This document shows positions 29,112 to 38,653 of a stretch of 46,934 bases of DNA, piece by piece. The position numbers were made by a program, and so were the translations under genes. The stretch's first letter is position 1; each line of letters opens with the position of its first letter. The notes under the pieces were generated by a model that was given only the letters and a program-made list of their open reading frames with translations, was not told the origin of the DNA and did not search any database. The stretch is from NCBI GenBank assembly GCA_031386545.1, contig JANNCK010000034.1, forward strand, positions 1-46,934. Reading direction: 5' to 3'. This DNA comes from Sphingomonadales bacterium. GTDB lineage: Bacteria > Pseudomonadota > Alphaproteobacteria > Sphingomonadales > Sphingomonadaceae.

Positions 29112-30047
29112 ATGAAACTGCTGACCGGAAACGCCAACCTGCCGCTGGCCAAGGCAGTTGCCGCCTATCTGGAGATGCCGCTGACCGAGGCGAGCGTGCG
29201 CCGTTTTGCCGATGAGGAGGTTTTCGTCGAGATTCACGAGAACGTCCGCGGCGAGGATGTGTTCGTGCTCCAGTCGACGGGGTTCCCGGCCAACGACAAT
29301 CTGATGGAGTTGCTGATCTGCATCGACGCGCTAAAACGCGCGTCGGCCAAGCGGATTACGGCGGTCATTCCCTATTTCGGCTATGCGCGGCAGGACCGCA
29401 AACCCGGCCCGCGCACCCCGATTTCGGCCAAGCTGGTCGCCAATATGATTACAGTGGCGGGGGCGCACCGGGTGCTGTCGGTTGATCTGCACGCAGGTCA
29501 GATTCAGGGATTTTTCGACATCCCGACCGACAATCTGTTCGCCGCCCCTGTCATGGCCGCCGACATTCAGGCGCGCTTCCCGACCGACAACCTCATGGTC
29601 GTCAGCCCTGACGTTGGCGGCGTCGTCCGCGCCCGCGCCCTCGCCAAACGCCTCAACAACGCCCCACTCGCCATCGTCGACAAGCGCCGCGAAAAGGCAG
29701 GCGAATCCGAAGTGATGAACATCATCGGCGACGTGTCGGGGCGCTTTTGTGTGCTGATTGATGACATTGTCGATTCGGCAGGGACATTGTGCAACGCGGC
29801 CAAGGCTCTGCGCGATGCAGGGGCGGCGGACGTTGTTGCCTATGTCACCCACGGCGTGTTGTCGGGCGGAGCGGTTGCACGGGTCGAGGGATCGGTGCTC
29901 ACCGAACTTGTCGTGACCGATTCGATCCAGCCGCCCGAGTCCGCCAACAGCGCCAAGAAAATCCGCCTCCTCACCATCGCGCCGCTCGTCGCCGAAGCAG
30001 TCAAGCGCATTGCCGACGAGAGTTCGGTTTCAAGCTTGTTCGATTGA
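29112..30047 (+). CDS. prs: Ribose-phosphate pyrophosphokinase
   Basis: [38 protein letters not shown]; GGAG RBS before ATG 29112. Confidence 0.97.
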   Translation: MKLLTGNANLPLAKAVAAYLEMPLTEASVRRFADEEVFVEIHENVRGEDVFVLQSTGFPANDNLMELLICIDALKRASAKRITAVIPYFGYARQDRKPGPRTPISAKLVANMITVAGAHRVLSVDLHAGQIQGFFDIPTDNLFAAPVMAADIQARFPTDNLMVVSPDVGGVVRARALAKRLNNAPLAIVDKRREKAGESEVMNIIGDVSGRFCVLIDDIVDSAGTLCNAAKALRDAGAADVVAYVTHGVLSGGAVARVEGSVLTELVVTDSIQPPESANSAKKIRLLTIAPLVAEAVKRIADESSVSSLFD

Positions 30048-30658
30048 TGCACCTGACAATACGCTATTTGCATCGCTTGTCGGCGTGCATCGTTTTGACT
30101 TTCGTAATCGCCCATCTCACCAACCATCTGGTCGGATTGGTGAGCCAGCAAGCCCATCGCGAGATGCTTGCCTCGCTAAGGCAGGTGTACCGGCATCCGA
30201 TCATAGAGCCGATTTTGCTGACGTCGTTTGGCTGGCAAATACTCAGTGGACTTGGCCTTGTCGCACTGGGCTGGCGAAAACGGCGCGGCGCAATCGAATG
30301 GATGCAGGCGGGGTCGGGCCTCGTTTTGGCGGCTTTTCTCACGATCCATGTCAGTGCTGTCCTGGCAGGAAGGGCGTCGGGTCTCGATACCGATCTGCGG
30401 TTCGCCGCCGCAGGGTTCCACGTCCCGAGTTGGCCGTATTTCTTCACGCCTTATTATTTCGTCGCGATCTTTGCCGTGTTTGTACACGTCGGCGCGGCTG
30501 CATATTGGCTGTTCGGGCGCGGTACGGCAGGTATTATAGGCTTTGCAGTGGCGAGCCTGTCGGGTGTTTTGATTGCGTCAGCGATTGTCCTGATGATGGC
30601 GGGCCATGTTGTTCCGCTGACAATCGAAGCTCGCTACAAAATGCCGTTTGCCCCATGA
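30047..30658 (+). CDS. Multi-pass membrane protein with intramembrane histidines (cytochrome b/DUF1691-like)
   Basis: ATG overlaps the prs stop (TGATG); 5-6 hydrophobic helices; LHRLSA..HLTNH, FLTIHV, FVHVG. Confidence 0.6.
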   Translation: MHLTIRYLHRLSACIVLTFVIAHLTNHLVGLVSQQAHREMLASLRQVYRHPIIEPILLTSFGWQILSGLGLVALGWRKRRGAIEWMQAGSGLVLAAFLTIHVSAVLAGRASGLDTDLRFAAAGFHVPSWPYFFTPYYFVAIFAVFVHVGAAAYWLFGRGTAGIIGFAVASLSGVLIASAIVLMMAGHVVPLTIEARYKMPFAP

Positions 30659-30663
30659 TATTT

Positions 30664-30719
30664 GCCGAAGCGATCAAGCGCATTGCAGGGCGCGTTCGGT
30701 CTCACCGCTGTTCGACTGA
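30664..30719 (+). repeat. Degenerate direct repeat of the prs 3' end (29991-30047)
   Basis: Shared blocks GCCGAAGC, TCAAGCGCATTGC, GTTCGGT, TCA, TGTTCGA, TGA in the same order, with a 1-nt indel. Confidence 0.85.
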
Positions 30720-30722
30720 AGG

Positions 30723-31388
30723 ATGACAATGCAACGCCTGATCGAGCTGAACCACATCATCGAAGACGGCATGGTGACCTATAAGGGACTGCCCGCCCCG
30801 ATTATTTGCGACTTTCTGTCGCGCCCTGATTCGCGCAATAATTACGAGCCGGGCACCGAGTTCCAGATCGGACTCATCACGATGTGTTCGAATACCGGCA
30901 CCTATCTCGACACGCCTTTCCACCGCTATGCCGACGGCGATGACTTGGCCGCGACGCCGCTCGAAAAGCTTTCGGCGCTTCCCGGCTGTGTCGTCCGGGT
31001 CGCCGAGTCGCAAACCGCCATCGTGGTGGATGACTTTGCAAATGCCGATATTCAGGGCCGCGCCGTGCTTGTTCACACAGGCTGGGACCGGCATTGGCGC
31101 ACCGATAGCTATTTCGAAAACCATCCGTTTCTGACCGAGGCTGCAGCTGCACATCTACGCGACGCCGGAGCGACACTGGTTGGCATTGATTCGCACAATA
31201 TCGACGACACGTCGCAACGGACGCGGCCGGTTCACACGATCCTGCTGGGTGCCGGCATCCCGATTGTCGAACACATGACCGGGTTGGCGCAACTGCCGGA
31301 CACGGGCTTTGTGTTCCATGCAGCGCCGCCCCGGGTGACGGGCATGGGCACTTTTCCTGTCCGAGCTCATGCCGTCATTGGCAGTTAA
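30723..31388 (+). CDS. Cyclase family (kynurenine formamidase-like) protein
   Basis: NTGTYLDTPFH (variant of HxGTHxDxPxH), VGIDS, PVHTILL..IVEH, FPVRA. Confidence 0.85.
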   Translation: MTMQRLIELNHIIEDGMVTYKGLPAPIICDFLSRPDSRNNYEPGTEFQIGLITMCSNTGTYLDTPFHRYADGDDLAATPLEKLSALPGCVVRVAESQTAIVVDDFANADIQGRAVLVHTGWDRHWRTDSYFENHPFLTEAAAAHLRDAGATLVGIDSHNIDDTSQRTRPVHTILLGAGIPIVEHMTGLAQLPDTGFVFHAAPPRVTGMGTFPVRAHAVIGS

Positions 31389-31397
31389 GCAGCAACA

Positions 31398-32171
31398 ATG
31401 CGCCCCGCCGACATCGAACTCGCAGAACGCCTCGCCAACGCGGCGGGGGCAGTAATCCGGACGCTCTTCCGTGCCAATTTCGATGTCGAGACCAAGGCCG
31501 ATGCCTCGCCTGTCACCGAAGCCGACCGCGCGGCGGAAGGCGCAATGCGCCGCCTGATCGAGGCCGAAAATCCGCGCGACGGCATCATCGGCGAGGAATA
31601 CGGGGTTAAGGAGGGTTCCACCGGTCGAACTTGGGTGCTCGATCCCATCGACGGCACGGTCAGCTTCATGGCCGGGCGACCGATTTTCGGGACGTTGGTC
31701 GCCCTGGTCGAAGCGGGCTGGCCGGTCATCGGGGTGATCGACCAGCCGGTTGCGCGCGAACGCTGGCTTGGCGTCGTGGGCAGGCCGACATTGTTCAATG
31801 GCAAACCCGCGAAAGCGCGCCGCTGTCTCGACCTCGCTCAGGCGGCGCTTGCTACCAGCGGGCCGCATTATTTCACCGATGACGAAGCCGTGAAATTCCT
31901 TGCGCTCGCGTCCAAAGTCGCGCGGCAACGGATCGTTTATGGCGGCGACTGCTATAATTATGGCCTCGTCGCCTCGGGCCATATCGACCTTGTCGTCGAA
32001 TCGGGCCTCAAACTCCATGACTTCGCCGCGCTGGTCCCCGTCGTCGAGGGCGCGGGCGGTACGATGTGCAACTGGGCAGGCGATCCGCTCAATGCCGACA
32101 GCGCGGGCGATGTCATCGCAATCGGCGATCCGGCGCGGCTGGAGGATGTGATCGAAGCGCTCAGCGTCTGA
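31398..32171 (+). CDS. hisN: Histidinol-phosphatase (inositol monophosphatase family)
   Basis: KADASPVTEAD, GEE, DPIDGT.SF..G.PIFGTL, YGGDCYNY, HDFAALVPVVEGAGG. Confidence 0.85.
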   Translation: MRPADIELAERLANAAGAVIRTLFRANFDVETKADASPVTEADRAAEGAMRRLIEAENPRDGIIGEEYGVKEGSTGRTWVLDPIDGTVSFMAGRPIFGTLVALVEAGWPVIGVIDQPVARERWLGVVGRPTLFNGKPAKARRCLDLAQAALATSGPHYFTDDEAVKFLALASKVARQRIVYGGDCYNYGLVASGHIDLVVESGLKLHDFAALVPVVEGAGGTMCNWAGDPLNADSAGDVIAIGDPARLEDVIEALSV

Positions 32172-32292
32172 ACGCTTGCTTTACTGCGGAGTTTTGCTCA
32201 TAGGCCGCGACTTCAAAGCACGACCCGCTACGAATCGCCTGGCTGAAAGGGCTGCCAAGGCGACTTCAGGGACGTCATTCGAAAGGACGAAA

Positions 32293-32496
32293 ATGCCCAA
32301 ACTGAAGACCAAGAGCGGGGTGAAGAAACGCTTCACACTTACCGCGACCGGCAAGCTGAAGCACGGCGTCGCTGGCAAGCGCCACCGCCTGATCAGCCAC
32401 AATGCCAAGTACATCCGCCAGAACCGCGGGACCAAGCTGTTGTCGAAGGCCGATACGGCCACCGTCAAGGCTTGGGCACCGTACGGCTTGTCATAA
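32293..32496 (+). CDS. rpmI: 50S ribosomal protein L35
   Basis: MPKLKTKSGVKKRF; AAGGA RBS before ATG 32293. Confidence 0.97.
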   Translation: MPKLKTKSGVKKRFTLTATGKLKHGVAGKRHRLISHNAKYIRQNRGTKLLSKADTATVKAWAPYGLS

Positions 32497-32508
32497 GGAG
32501 CCCGGTAG

Positions 32509-32886
32509 ATGGCACGCGTCAAACGCGGCGTAACAACGCACGCGAAGCATAAAAGAGTTCTTGAGCTCGCCAAGGGTTACTACGGCCGCCGCAAGAACAC
32601 GATCCGTATCGCCAAGCAGGCGGTCGAAAAGGCGGGTCAATACGCCTATCGCGACCGCAAGGTGAAGAAGCGCAATTTCCGTGCGCTCTGGATCCAGCGC
32701 ATCAACGCCGCCGTGCGGTTGGAGGGCCTGACATACGGGCAATTCATGCACGGGCTGAAACTCGCCGGTGTCGAACTCGACCGCAAGGTCTTGGCCGATA
32801 TGGCAATGCACGAAGCTGTGGTGTTTAGCACCATCATCGCGCAGGCGAAGGACGCGTTGCCAGCCCCGGTTCCTGTGGCAGCATAA
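32509..32886 (+). CDS. rplT: 50S ribosomal protein L20
   Basis: [39 protein letters not shown]. Confidence 0.98.
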   Translation: MARVKRGVTTHAKHKRVLELAKGYYGRRKNTIRIAKQAVEKAGQYAYRDRKVKKRNFRALWIQRINAAVRLEGLTYGQFMHGLKLAGVELDRKVLADMAMHEAVVFSTIIAQAKDALPAPVPVAA

Positions 32887-32913
32887 CGCGTTCATCGTAA
32901 CGGATGCGCAATG

Positions 32914-32945
32914 GGGCGTGAGCGGGTTGCCGCTCGCGCCCTTTT
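32914..32945 (+). terminator. Intrinsic terminator after rplT
   Basis: GGGCGTGAGCGG-GTTG-CCGCTCGCGCCC 12-bp stem followed by TTTT. Confidence 0.7.
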
Positions 32946-32963
32946 GCTTATGGGGCTGGGGCT

Positions 32964-34034
32964 ATGACCGAAGACGAAATTCTGGGCCAGATCGCGGCCG
33001 CCGCCAACCTCGACGCGCTGGAGGCGGTGCGGATTGCACTGCTCGGCAAGAGCGGGGCAATCAGCGCGCTGTTGAAAACGCTGGGGGGCATGACGCCCGA
33101 TCAGCGGCAGGCCGAGGGGCCGCGTATCAACGGACTGCGGGTTGCCGCGACCGACGCGATTGCAGCACGCAAGGCGGCGCTCGAAAGCGCGGCGCTCGGC
33201 GCGCGTCTTGCCACCGAACGTCTCGACTTAAGCCTGCCTGCCCCCGCGACCCCGCGCGGATCGGTGCATCCGGTTTCGCAGGTGATGGACGAACTGGCCG
33301 AGATCTTCGCCGACATGGGCTTTGCCGTCGCGACCGGGCCCGAGATCGAGGACGAGAGCAATAACTTCGATAAGCTCAACATCCCTGCAACACATCCGGC
33401 GCGTGCTATGCACGATACATTCTACATGGGCGACAATCACCGGGCCGAAGACGGCGGGCGCATGTTGCTCCGCACCCACACCAGCCCCGTTCAAATCCGC
33501 ACCATGACGTCACAAAAACCACCAATCCGCATCATCGCTCCGGGGCGGGTGTACCGGTCGGACAGCGACGCCACACACACGCCGATGTTCCACCAGATCG
33601 AGGGGCTGGTCATCGACAAGGGTATTCACCTCGGCCACCTCAAATGGACCCTTGAGACGTTCCTGAAGGCATTTTTCGAGCGCGACGACATCGTCCTGCG
33701 CCTGCGCCCAAGCTATTTCCCGTTCACCGAACCCTCGGTCGAGGTCGATGTCGGGTTCAGCATTGAAAAGGGCAAACGCGTGCTGGGCGGAACCGGCGGC
33801 TGGATGGAATTGTTGGGCAGCGGCATGGTTCACCCGCGTGTGTTGCGCGCGTGCGGGATCGACCCCGACGAATATAGCGGCTTCGCGTTCGGTGTCGGCG
33901 TCGACCGGCTGGCAATGCTCAAATACGGCATGGACGACCTTCGCGCCTTCTTCGACGGCGATAACCGCTGGCTGAAACATTACGGGTTCGGCGCGCTCGA
34001 CGTGCCCACGCTGAGCGGGGGAGTGGGGGCATGA
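32964..34034 (+). CDS. pheS: Phenylalanine--tRNA ligase alpha subunit
   Basis: [42 protein letters not shown]. Confidence 0.98.
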   Translation: MTEDEILGQIAAAANLDALEAVRIALLGKSGAISALLKTLGGMTPDQRQAEGPRINGLRVAATDAIAARKAALESAALGARLATERLDLSLPAPATPRGSVHPVSQVMDELAEIFADMGFAVATGPEIEDESNNFDKLNIPATHPARAMHDTFYMGDNHRAEDGGRMLLRTHTSPVQIRTMTSQKPPIRIIAPGRVYRSDSDATHTPMFHQIEGLVIDKGIHLGHLKWTLETFLKAFFERDDIVLRLRPSYFPFTEPSVEVDVGFSIEKGKRVLGGTGGWMELLGSGMVHPRVLRACGIDPDEYSGFAFGVGVDRLAMLKYGMDDLRAFFDGDNRWLKHYGFGALDVPTLSGGVGA

Positions 34035-36409
34035 AGTTCACGCACGGCTGGCTCAAGGAGCATCTGGAAACCACATCGACTGTCGCCGAAGTCGCTAATA
34101 CGCTCAACGCCATCGGCCTTGAGGTCGAAGGGATCGAGAATCCTGCAGAAAAACTGTCCGCCTTCCGCATTGCGCGTATCCTGACCGCCGCACCGCATCC
34201 ACAGGCGGACAAGCTGCAAGTGCTGTCCGTCGATGCAGGCGACGGGCCTTTGCAGGTGGTCTGCGGCGCACCCAATGCGCGCGCGGGCCTGGTCGGCGTA
34301 TTCGGGGCTCCCGGTGCGGTCGTGCCGTCGAACGGGATGGTGCTGAAAGTCGCGGCGATCCGCGGCGTCGAATCGAACGGCATGATGTGTTCGGTGCGAG
34401 AGCTGGAACTCGGCGACGAACATGACGGGATTATCGAACTGCCGTCGGACGCACCGGTCGGTGCGTCGTTCGCGGGCTATGCGGGCATCGACGATCCGGT
34501 ATTCGACGTGGCAGTCACCCCCAACCGGCAGGATTGCATGGGCGTGCGCGGCATCGCGCGCGACTTGGCAGCGGCGGGACTGGGGACGCTCAAGCCGCTC
34601 GTCGTGCCGGTGATTGCAGGCAGTGGACCAAGCCGCATCGAAATCCGCACCGACGATCCCGACGGTTGTCCGGCCTTTTACGGCCGCACGATCAGCGGCG
34701 TTACCAATGGCACCGCGCCCGACTGGATGGTGCGCCGCCTGAAGGCGGTCGGGCAACGCTCGATCTCGGCGCTGGTCGATATAACCAATTATGTGATGCT
34801 CGACCTCGGGCGGCCGAGCCATGTCTATGATATGGCCAAACTCACCGGGCCTATCGTGGCGCGCCGCGCCACCGACGGCGAGATGGTGACAGTGCTCAAC
34901 GGCAAGAGCTTCGCCCTGACCCCCGAGATGACAGTGATTGCGGACGCGAATGAAGTCCATGACATCGCGGGCATCATGGGCGGCGAGCATTCGGGGATTG
35001 CCGACGACACGACCGACGTGTTGCTCGAAGTCGCCTATTTCACGCCCGAACGGATTGCCAAGACCGGCCAGACGCTGAGCCTGACCAGCGACGCCCGCAC
35101 ACGGTTCGAGCGCGGCGTCGACCCGGCGTTCCTCGACGATGCGGTCGCGATCCTGACCGGGCTGACCGTCGAACATTGCGGCGGTGTGGCGTCGGAGATC
35201 GTGCGGGCGGGGACGCCGCCGCCCGATGCACGGACACTGGCATACGACCCGATGCTGTGTGCACGGCTGGGCGGGATCGACGTCCTGCCCGACCGGCAGC
35301 GGGCAATTCTCGAAAGCCTCGGCTTTGCGGTTGCGGCGGATTGGGTCGTCACCATCCCGAGCTGGCGGCGTGACGTTGATGGGCCTGCGGATCTGGTCGA
35401 GGAAGTCGTGCGGATTATCGGTCTCGACAATATTGTCTCGACACCGCTGCCGCGCACGGATGGTGTAGCGCGCCCGACCGCCACCCCGGTGCAGAAGGTC
35501 GAACGTCGTGTCCGTCGCACCGCCGCCGCGCGCGGTCTGAACGAGGCTATCACCTGGAGCTTTGTCAGCGAAGCCGAAGCCGCTGCTTTCGGTGGCGGCG
35601 ACTGGGCACTGGCAAATCCCATTTCAGAAGAGCTGAAGGTCATGCGGCCCTCGCTGCTCCCCGGCCTGTTGTCGGCGGCGCAGCGCAACCTCGACCGCAG
35701 CGCCGACAGTGTGCGGCTGTTCGAGATCGGGCGACGCTATCTGGCCGACAGCGAGCATCTGACTGCCGGTGTGGTTCTCGCTGGCGAGCGCACGGCGCGC
35801 GGCTGGGCGAGCGGAAAGGCACAAGCCTTTGATGCGTTCGATGCCAAAGCCGAAGCGCTGGCGTTGCTCGAAGCAGCAGGGGCACCGGTCGAGAATCTGC
35901 AGGTGATGGGGCCACAAAGCGATGGAACGGGCGCGCATTACCATCCCGGTCAGTCGGGCACCTTGCGGCTGGGGCCAAAGACGGTCCTCGCCAGCTTCGG
36001 GATGCTCCACCCCGCCACCGCCAAGGCGTTCGACCTGAGCGGCGCGATTGCCGCGTGCGAGGTCTATCTCGATGCAGTTCCTGCGAAACGTGGCAGCGGG
36101 TTCATGCGCGCGGCCTACACGCCGCCGACGCTGCAAGTCGTGCGCCGCGACTTTGCCTTTCTTGTGCCGGTCGATCTGGCCAGCGAAACTCTGGTCCGCG
36201 TGATTAAGGGTGCCGATAAGGCGGTCATCACCGACGCACGGCTGTTCGACATGTTCACCGGCACAGGTGTACCAGAAGGACAGAAGTCGCTCGCGGTCGA
36301 GGTCACACTGCAACCGGCGGACAAGAGCTTCACCGAAGACGAGCTGTCTGCGGTTGCGACGAAAATTGTCACTGCAGCGGTGAAACTGGGGGCAGTCCTG
36401 CGTGGATGA
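34031..36409 (+). CDS. pheT: Phenylalanine--tRNA ligase beta subunit
   Basis: [44 protein letters not shown]-terminal anticodon-binding domain. Confidence 0.98.
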   Translation: MKFTHGWLKEHLETTSTVAEVANTLNAIGLEVEGIENPAEKLSAFRIARILTAAPHPQADKLQVLSVDAGDGPLQVVCGAPNARAGLVGVFGAPGAVVPSNGMVLKVAAIRGVESNGMMCSVRELELGDEHDGIIELPSDAPVGASFAGYAGIDDPVFDVAVTPNRQDCMGVRGIARDLAAAGLGTLKPLVVPVIAGSGPSRIEIRTDDPDGCPAFYGRTISGVTNGTAPDWMVRRLKAVGQRSISALVDITNYVMLDLGRPSHVYDMAKLTGPIVARRATDGEMVTVLNGKSFALTPEMTVIADANEVHDIAGIMGGEHSGIADDTTDVLLEVAYFTPERIAKTGQTLSLTSDARTRFERGVDPAFLDDAVAILTGLTVEHCGGVASEIVRAGTPPPDARTLAYDPMLCARLGGIDVLPDRQRAILESLGFAVAADWVVTIPSWRRDVDGPADLVEEVVRIIGLDNIVSTPLPRTDGVARPTATPVQKVERRVRRTAAARGLNEAITWSFVSEAEAAAFGGGDWALANPISEELKVMRPSLLPGLLSAAQRNLDRSADSVRLFEIGRRYLADSEHLTAGVVLAGERTARGWASGKAQAFDAFDAKAEALALLEAAGAPVENLQVMGPQSDGTGAHYHPGQSGTLRLGPKTVLASFGMLHPATAKAFDLSGAIAACEVYLDAVPAKRGSGFMRAAYTPPTLQVVRRDFAFLVPVDLASETLVRVIKGADKAVITDARLFDMFTGTGVPEGQKSLAVEVTLQPADKSFTEDELSAVATKIVTAAVKLGAVLRG

Positions 36410-37793
36410 ATCGACAAGAAGGGCGCTCGAACGCGCAGCGGCGGCGAGCATCGCCTATCGCGCGGACACCGCAACTGCGGTGCACACGCCGGTTGCTGAC
36501 TATCGTACGATCCGCAATACCTTTGCGGCGCCGCTGCCTGAAACCGCCGCGGACGTGGATGCGCTGATCGAAGAACTGATCGAGGGGGCAACACCGGGCA
36601 TCCGCGCGCAGACGGGGCCACGCTTTTTCGGCTGGGTGATCGGCAATTCGCATCCGGCGGGGGTTGCGGCCGACTGGCTGGCTTCGGCGTGGGGACAGAA
36701 TGCTGCGAATCTGACCGCGGCCCCGGCGGCGTCTGCCGTCGAGGAAGTCGCGGCAGGATGGGTTCTCAACCTGCTCGGTTTGCCTTCACAAGCTTCGGTC
36801 GGCCTCGTCACCGGTGCGACCGTGGCCAATTTCGTCTGCCTAGCCGCCGCGCGCAGTGAGGTGCTGCGCCGGGTTGGCTGGGATGTCGAAGCCGATGGAC
36901 TGTTCGGCGCGCCGCCGGTCACCGTGCTGATCGGGGCGGATGCCCATGCCACCGTGTTTTCGGGGCTGAAGTATCTGGGTTTGGGGTCACAGCGCGTCAA
37001 AACAATTACCTGTGACAGGCTGGGGCAGATTTTGCCCGCGGCTTTCGCAGCGGCCCTTGCCGAGGTCGATGGCCCCGCCATTGCTGTGCTCCAAGCCGGA
37101 CAGATCAACACCGGCGGCTGCGACCCGTTTGCGCAGATCGTGCCGATGGCGCAGGCCAAGGGCGTTTGGTGCCATGTTGATGGCGCGTTCGGGCTGTGGG
37201 CACAGGCCGCTCCCGCGCGATGCCACCTGACTGCCGGGGTCGAGCTGGCCGATTCATGGGCAACCGACGGGCATAAATGGTTGCAGACGCCGTATGATTG
37301 CGGTTTCGCCATCGTCCGTTACGCAGAGGCACACCGCCGCGCGATGGCGATTTCGGCGAGCTATTTGCCGCCCGCTGAGGGGTCCGACCGTGATCCCTCG
37401 GCCTATGTCCCCGAATTGTCGCGCCGGGCGCGGGGCTTTGCGACTTGGGCAATGATCAAGGCGCTGGGCCGCGCGGGCATCGCCGAGATGGTTGAGCGCA
37501 ATTGTGCGGTTGCCGCATACATGGCCGAACAACTGGCCAAAATCCCCGGTGTCACCAGCGTCGTGCCAGTGACGCTCAACCAGTTCATGGTCCGCTTCGG
37601 CGACGACGATGCGCTGACGCTGGCGACCGTCGATCAAATCCAGCGTGATGCCGTCGCATTCTTCGGTGCGGCGCAATGGCGCGGACAATGGGTGATGCGC
37701 GCCTCGGTTTCGTCGATTGCGACAACGATGACCGATGCCGATGTCAGTATCTCGGCGGTCGCCGATGCATGGACTAAAGTACAGGCGCGATGA
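36402..37793 (+). CDS. Group II PLP-dependent decarboxylase (aromatic amino acid decarboxylase-like)
   Basis: PRFFGWV, HVDGAFG, DSWATDGHKWLQTPYDCG (PLP lysine), ELSRRARG. Confidence 0.88.
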   Translation: MDESTRRALERAAAASIAYRADTATAVHTPVADYRTIRNTFAAPLPETAADVDALIEELIEGATPGIRAQTGPRFFGWVIGNSHPAGVAADWLASAWGQNAANLTAAPAASAVEEVAAGWVLNLLGLPSQASVGLVTGATVANFVCLAAARSEVLRRVGWDVEADGLFGAPPVTVLIGADAHATVFSGLKYLGLGSQRVKTITCDRLGQILPAAFAAALAEVDGPAIAVLQAGQINTGGCDPFAQIVPMAQAKGVWCHVDGAFGLWAQAAPARCHLTAGVELADSWATDGHKWLQTPYDCGFAIVRYAEAHRRAMAISASYLPPAEGSDRDPSAYVPELSRRARGFATWAMIKALGRAGIAEMVERNCAVAAYMAEQLAKIPGVTSVVPVTLNQFMVRFGDDDALTLATVDQIQRDAVAFFGAAQWRGQWVMRASVSSIATTMTDADVSISAVADAWTKVQAR

Positions 37794-38653
37794 TTGAAAT
37801 TGCTTCGGCGACGCTGACCGCGCGCATCGACCCGACGGGGGCCGAGCTGCAGTCACTCACCGATGCGCAGGGGCGGGAGTATATGTCGTCGGGAGATCCC
37901 GCGTTCTGGACGGGTCGGGCACCGCTGTTGTTTCCGATTATCGGACGGCTACACGGCGACACTCTATGTGTCGATGGCCGCGACTATGCCCTCGAAAAGC
38001 ACGGATTTGCGCGGCGCTCGCGCTTTGACGTCATCGATCATGACGCCAGTTCGGTAACATTTCGCCTGACCGACAGCGCCGCGACCCGCGCGATTTATCC
38101 GTTCGCATTCGAGCTCGACGCGCAGTTCGCGTTGACCGGGCTAACGCTGACCATGACGGCCATTGTCCGCAATCCGGACGACGTACCCCTGCCCGCGAGC
38201 TTTGGCTATCATCCCGCCTTTGCATGGCCTTTGCCCGGTGCCGATCGCGCGGCGCACGAAATCATTTTCGCGCGCGACGAGCCTGCACCGTTGCGGCGGG
38301 TTACACCCGAGGGGTTGATTGATCCGTTGCCAAAGGACACGCCGGTCACCGGCAACCGCTTTACCCTTGCCGATGATCTGTTCGCTGACGATGCTTTAGT
38401 GTGGACCGACTTGAACAGCCACGGCCTCACCTATGGTGAGGCCGATGGTGAAAGGCTCGACATCGCCTTTCCGGACACCCCACACCTCGGCATCTGGACC
38501 AAACCCGGCGCGGCGTTCGTATGCGTCGAGCCGTGGGCCGGACACGCCGACCCCCAGGGTTATGCCGGTGAATTCCGCGACAAGCCGGGGGTCACCAACA
38601 TTGCCCCCGGCACGTCGCGGTCATTCCGTATGGATATCACCGTCAGAACTTGA
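37790..38653 (+). CDS. Aldose 1-epimerase family protein (LacX-like)
   Basis: GAELQSL, APLLFPIIG, KHGFAR, YPFAF, GYHPAF, FVCVEPW. Confidence 0.9.
   Translation: MIEIASATLTARIDPTGAELQSLTDAQGREYMSSGDPAFWTGRAPLLFPIIGRLHGDTLCVDGRDYALEKHGFARRSRFDVIDHDASSVTFRLTDSAATRAIYPFAFELDAQFALTGLTLTMTAIVRNPDDVPLPASFGYHPAFAWPLPGADRAAHEIIFARDEPAPLRRVTPEGLIDPLPKDTPVTGNRFTLADDLFADDALVWTDLNSHGLTYGEADGERLDIAFPDTPHLGIWTKPGAAFVCVEPWAGHADPQGYAGEFRDKPGVTNIAPGTSRSFRMDITVRT

Noticed and set aside
32176-32292. N-terminal extension of L35, or an L20-binding leader RNA
   Set aside because: RBS and homology place the start at 32293; no leader structure could be supported by eye.
32887-32963. pheM-like attenuator or T-box before pheS
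   Set aside because: No Phe-rich leader peptide or T-box motif; only a terminator-like hairpin.
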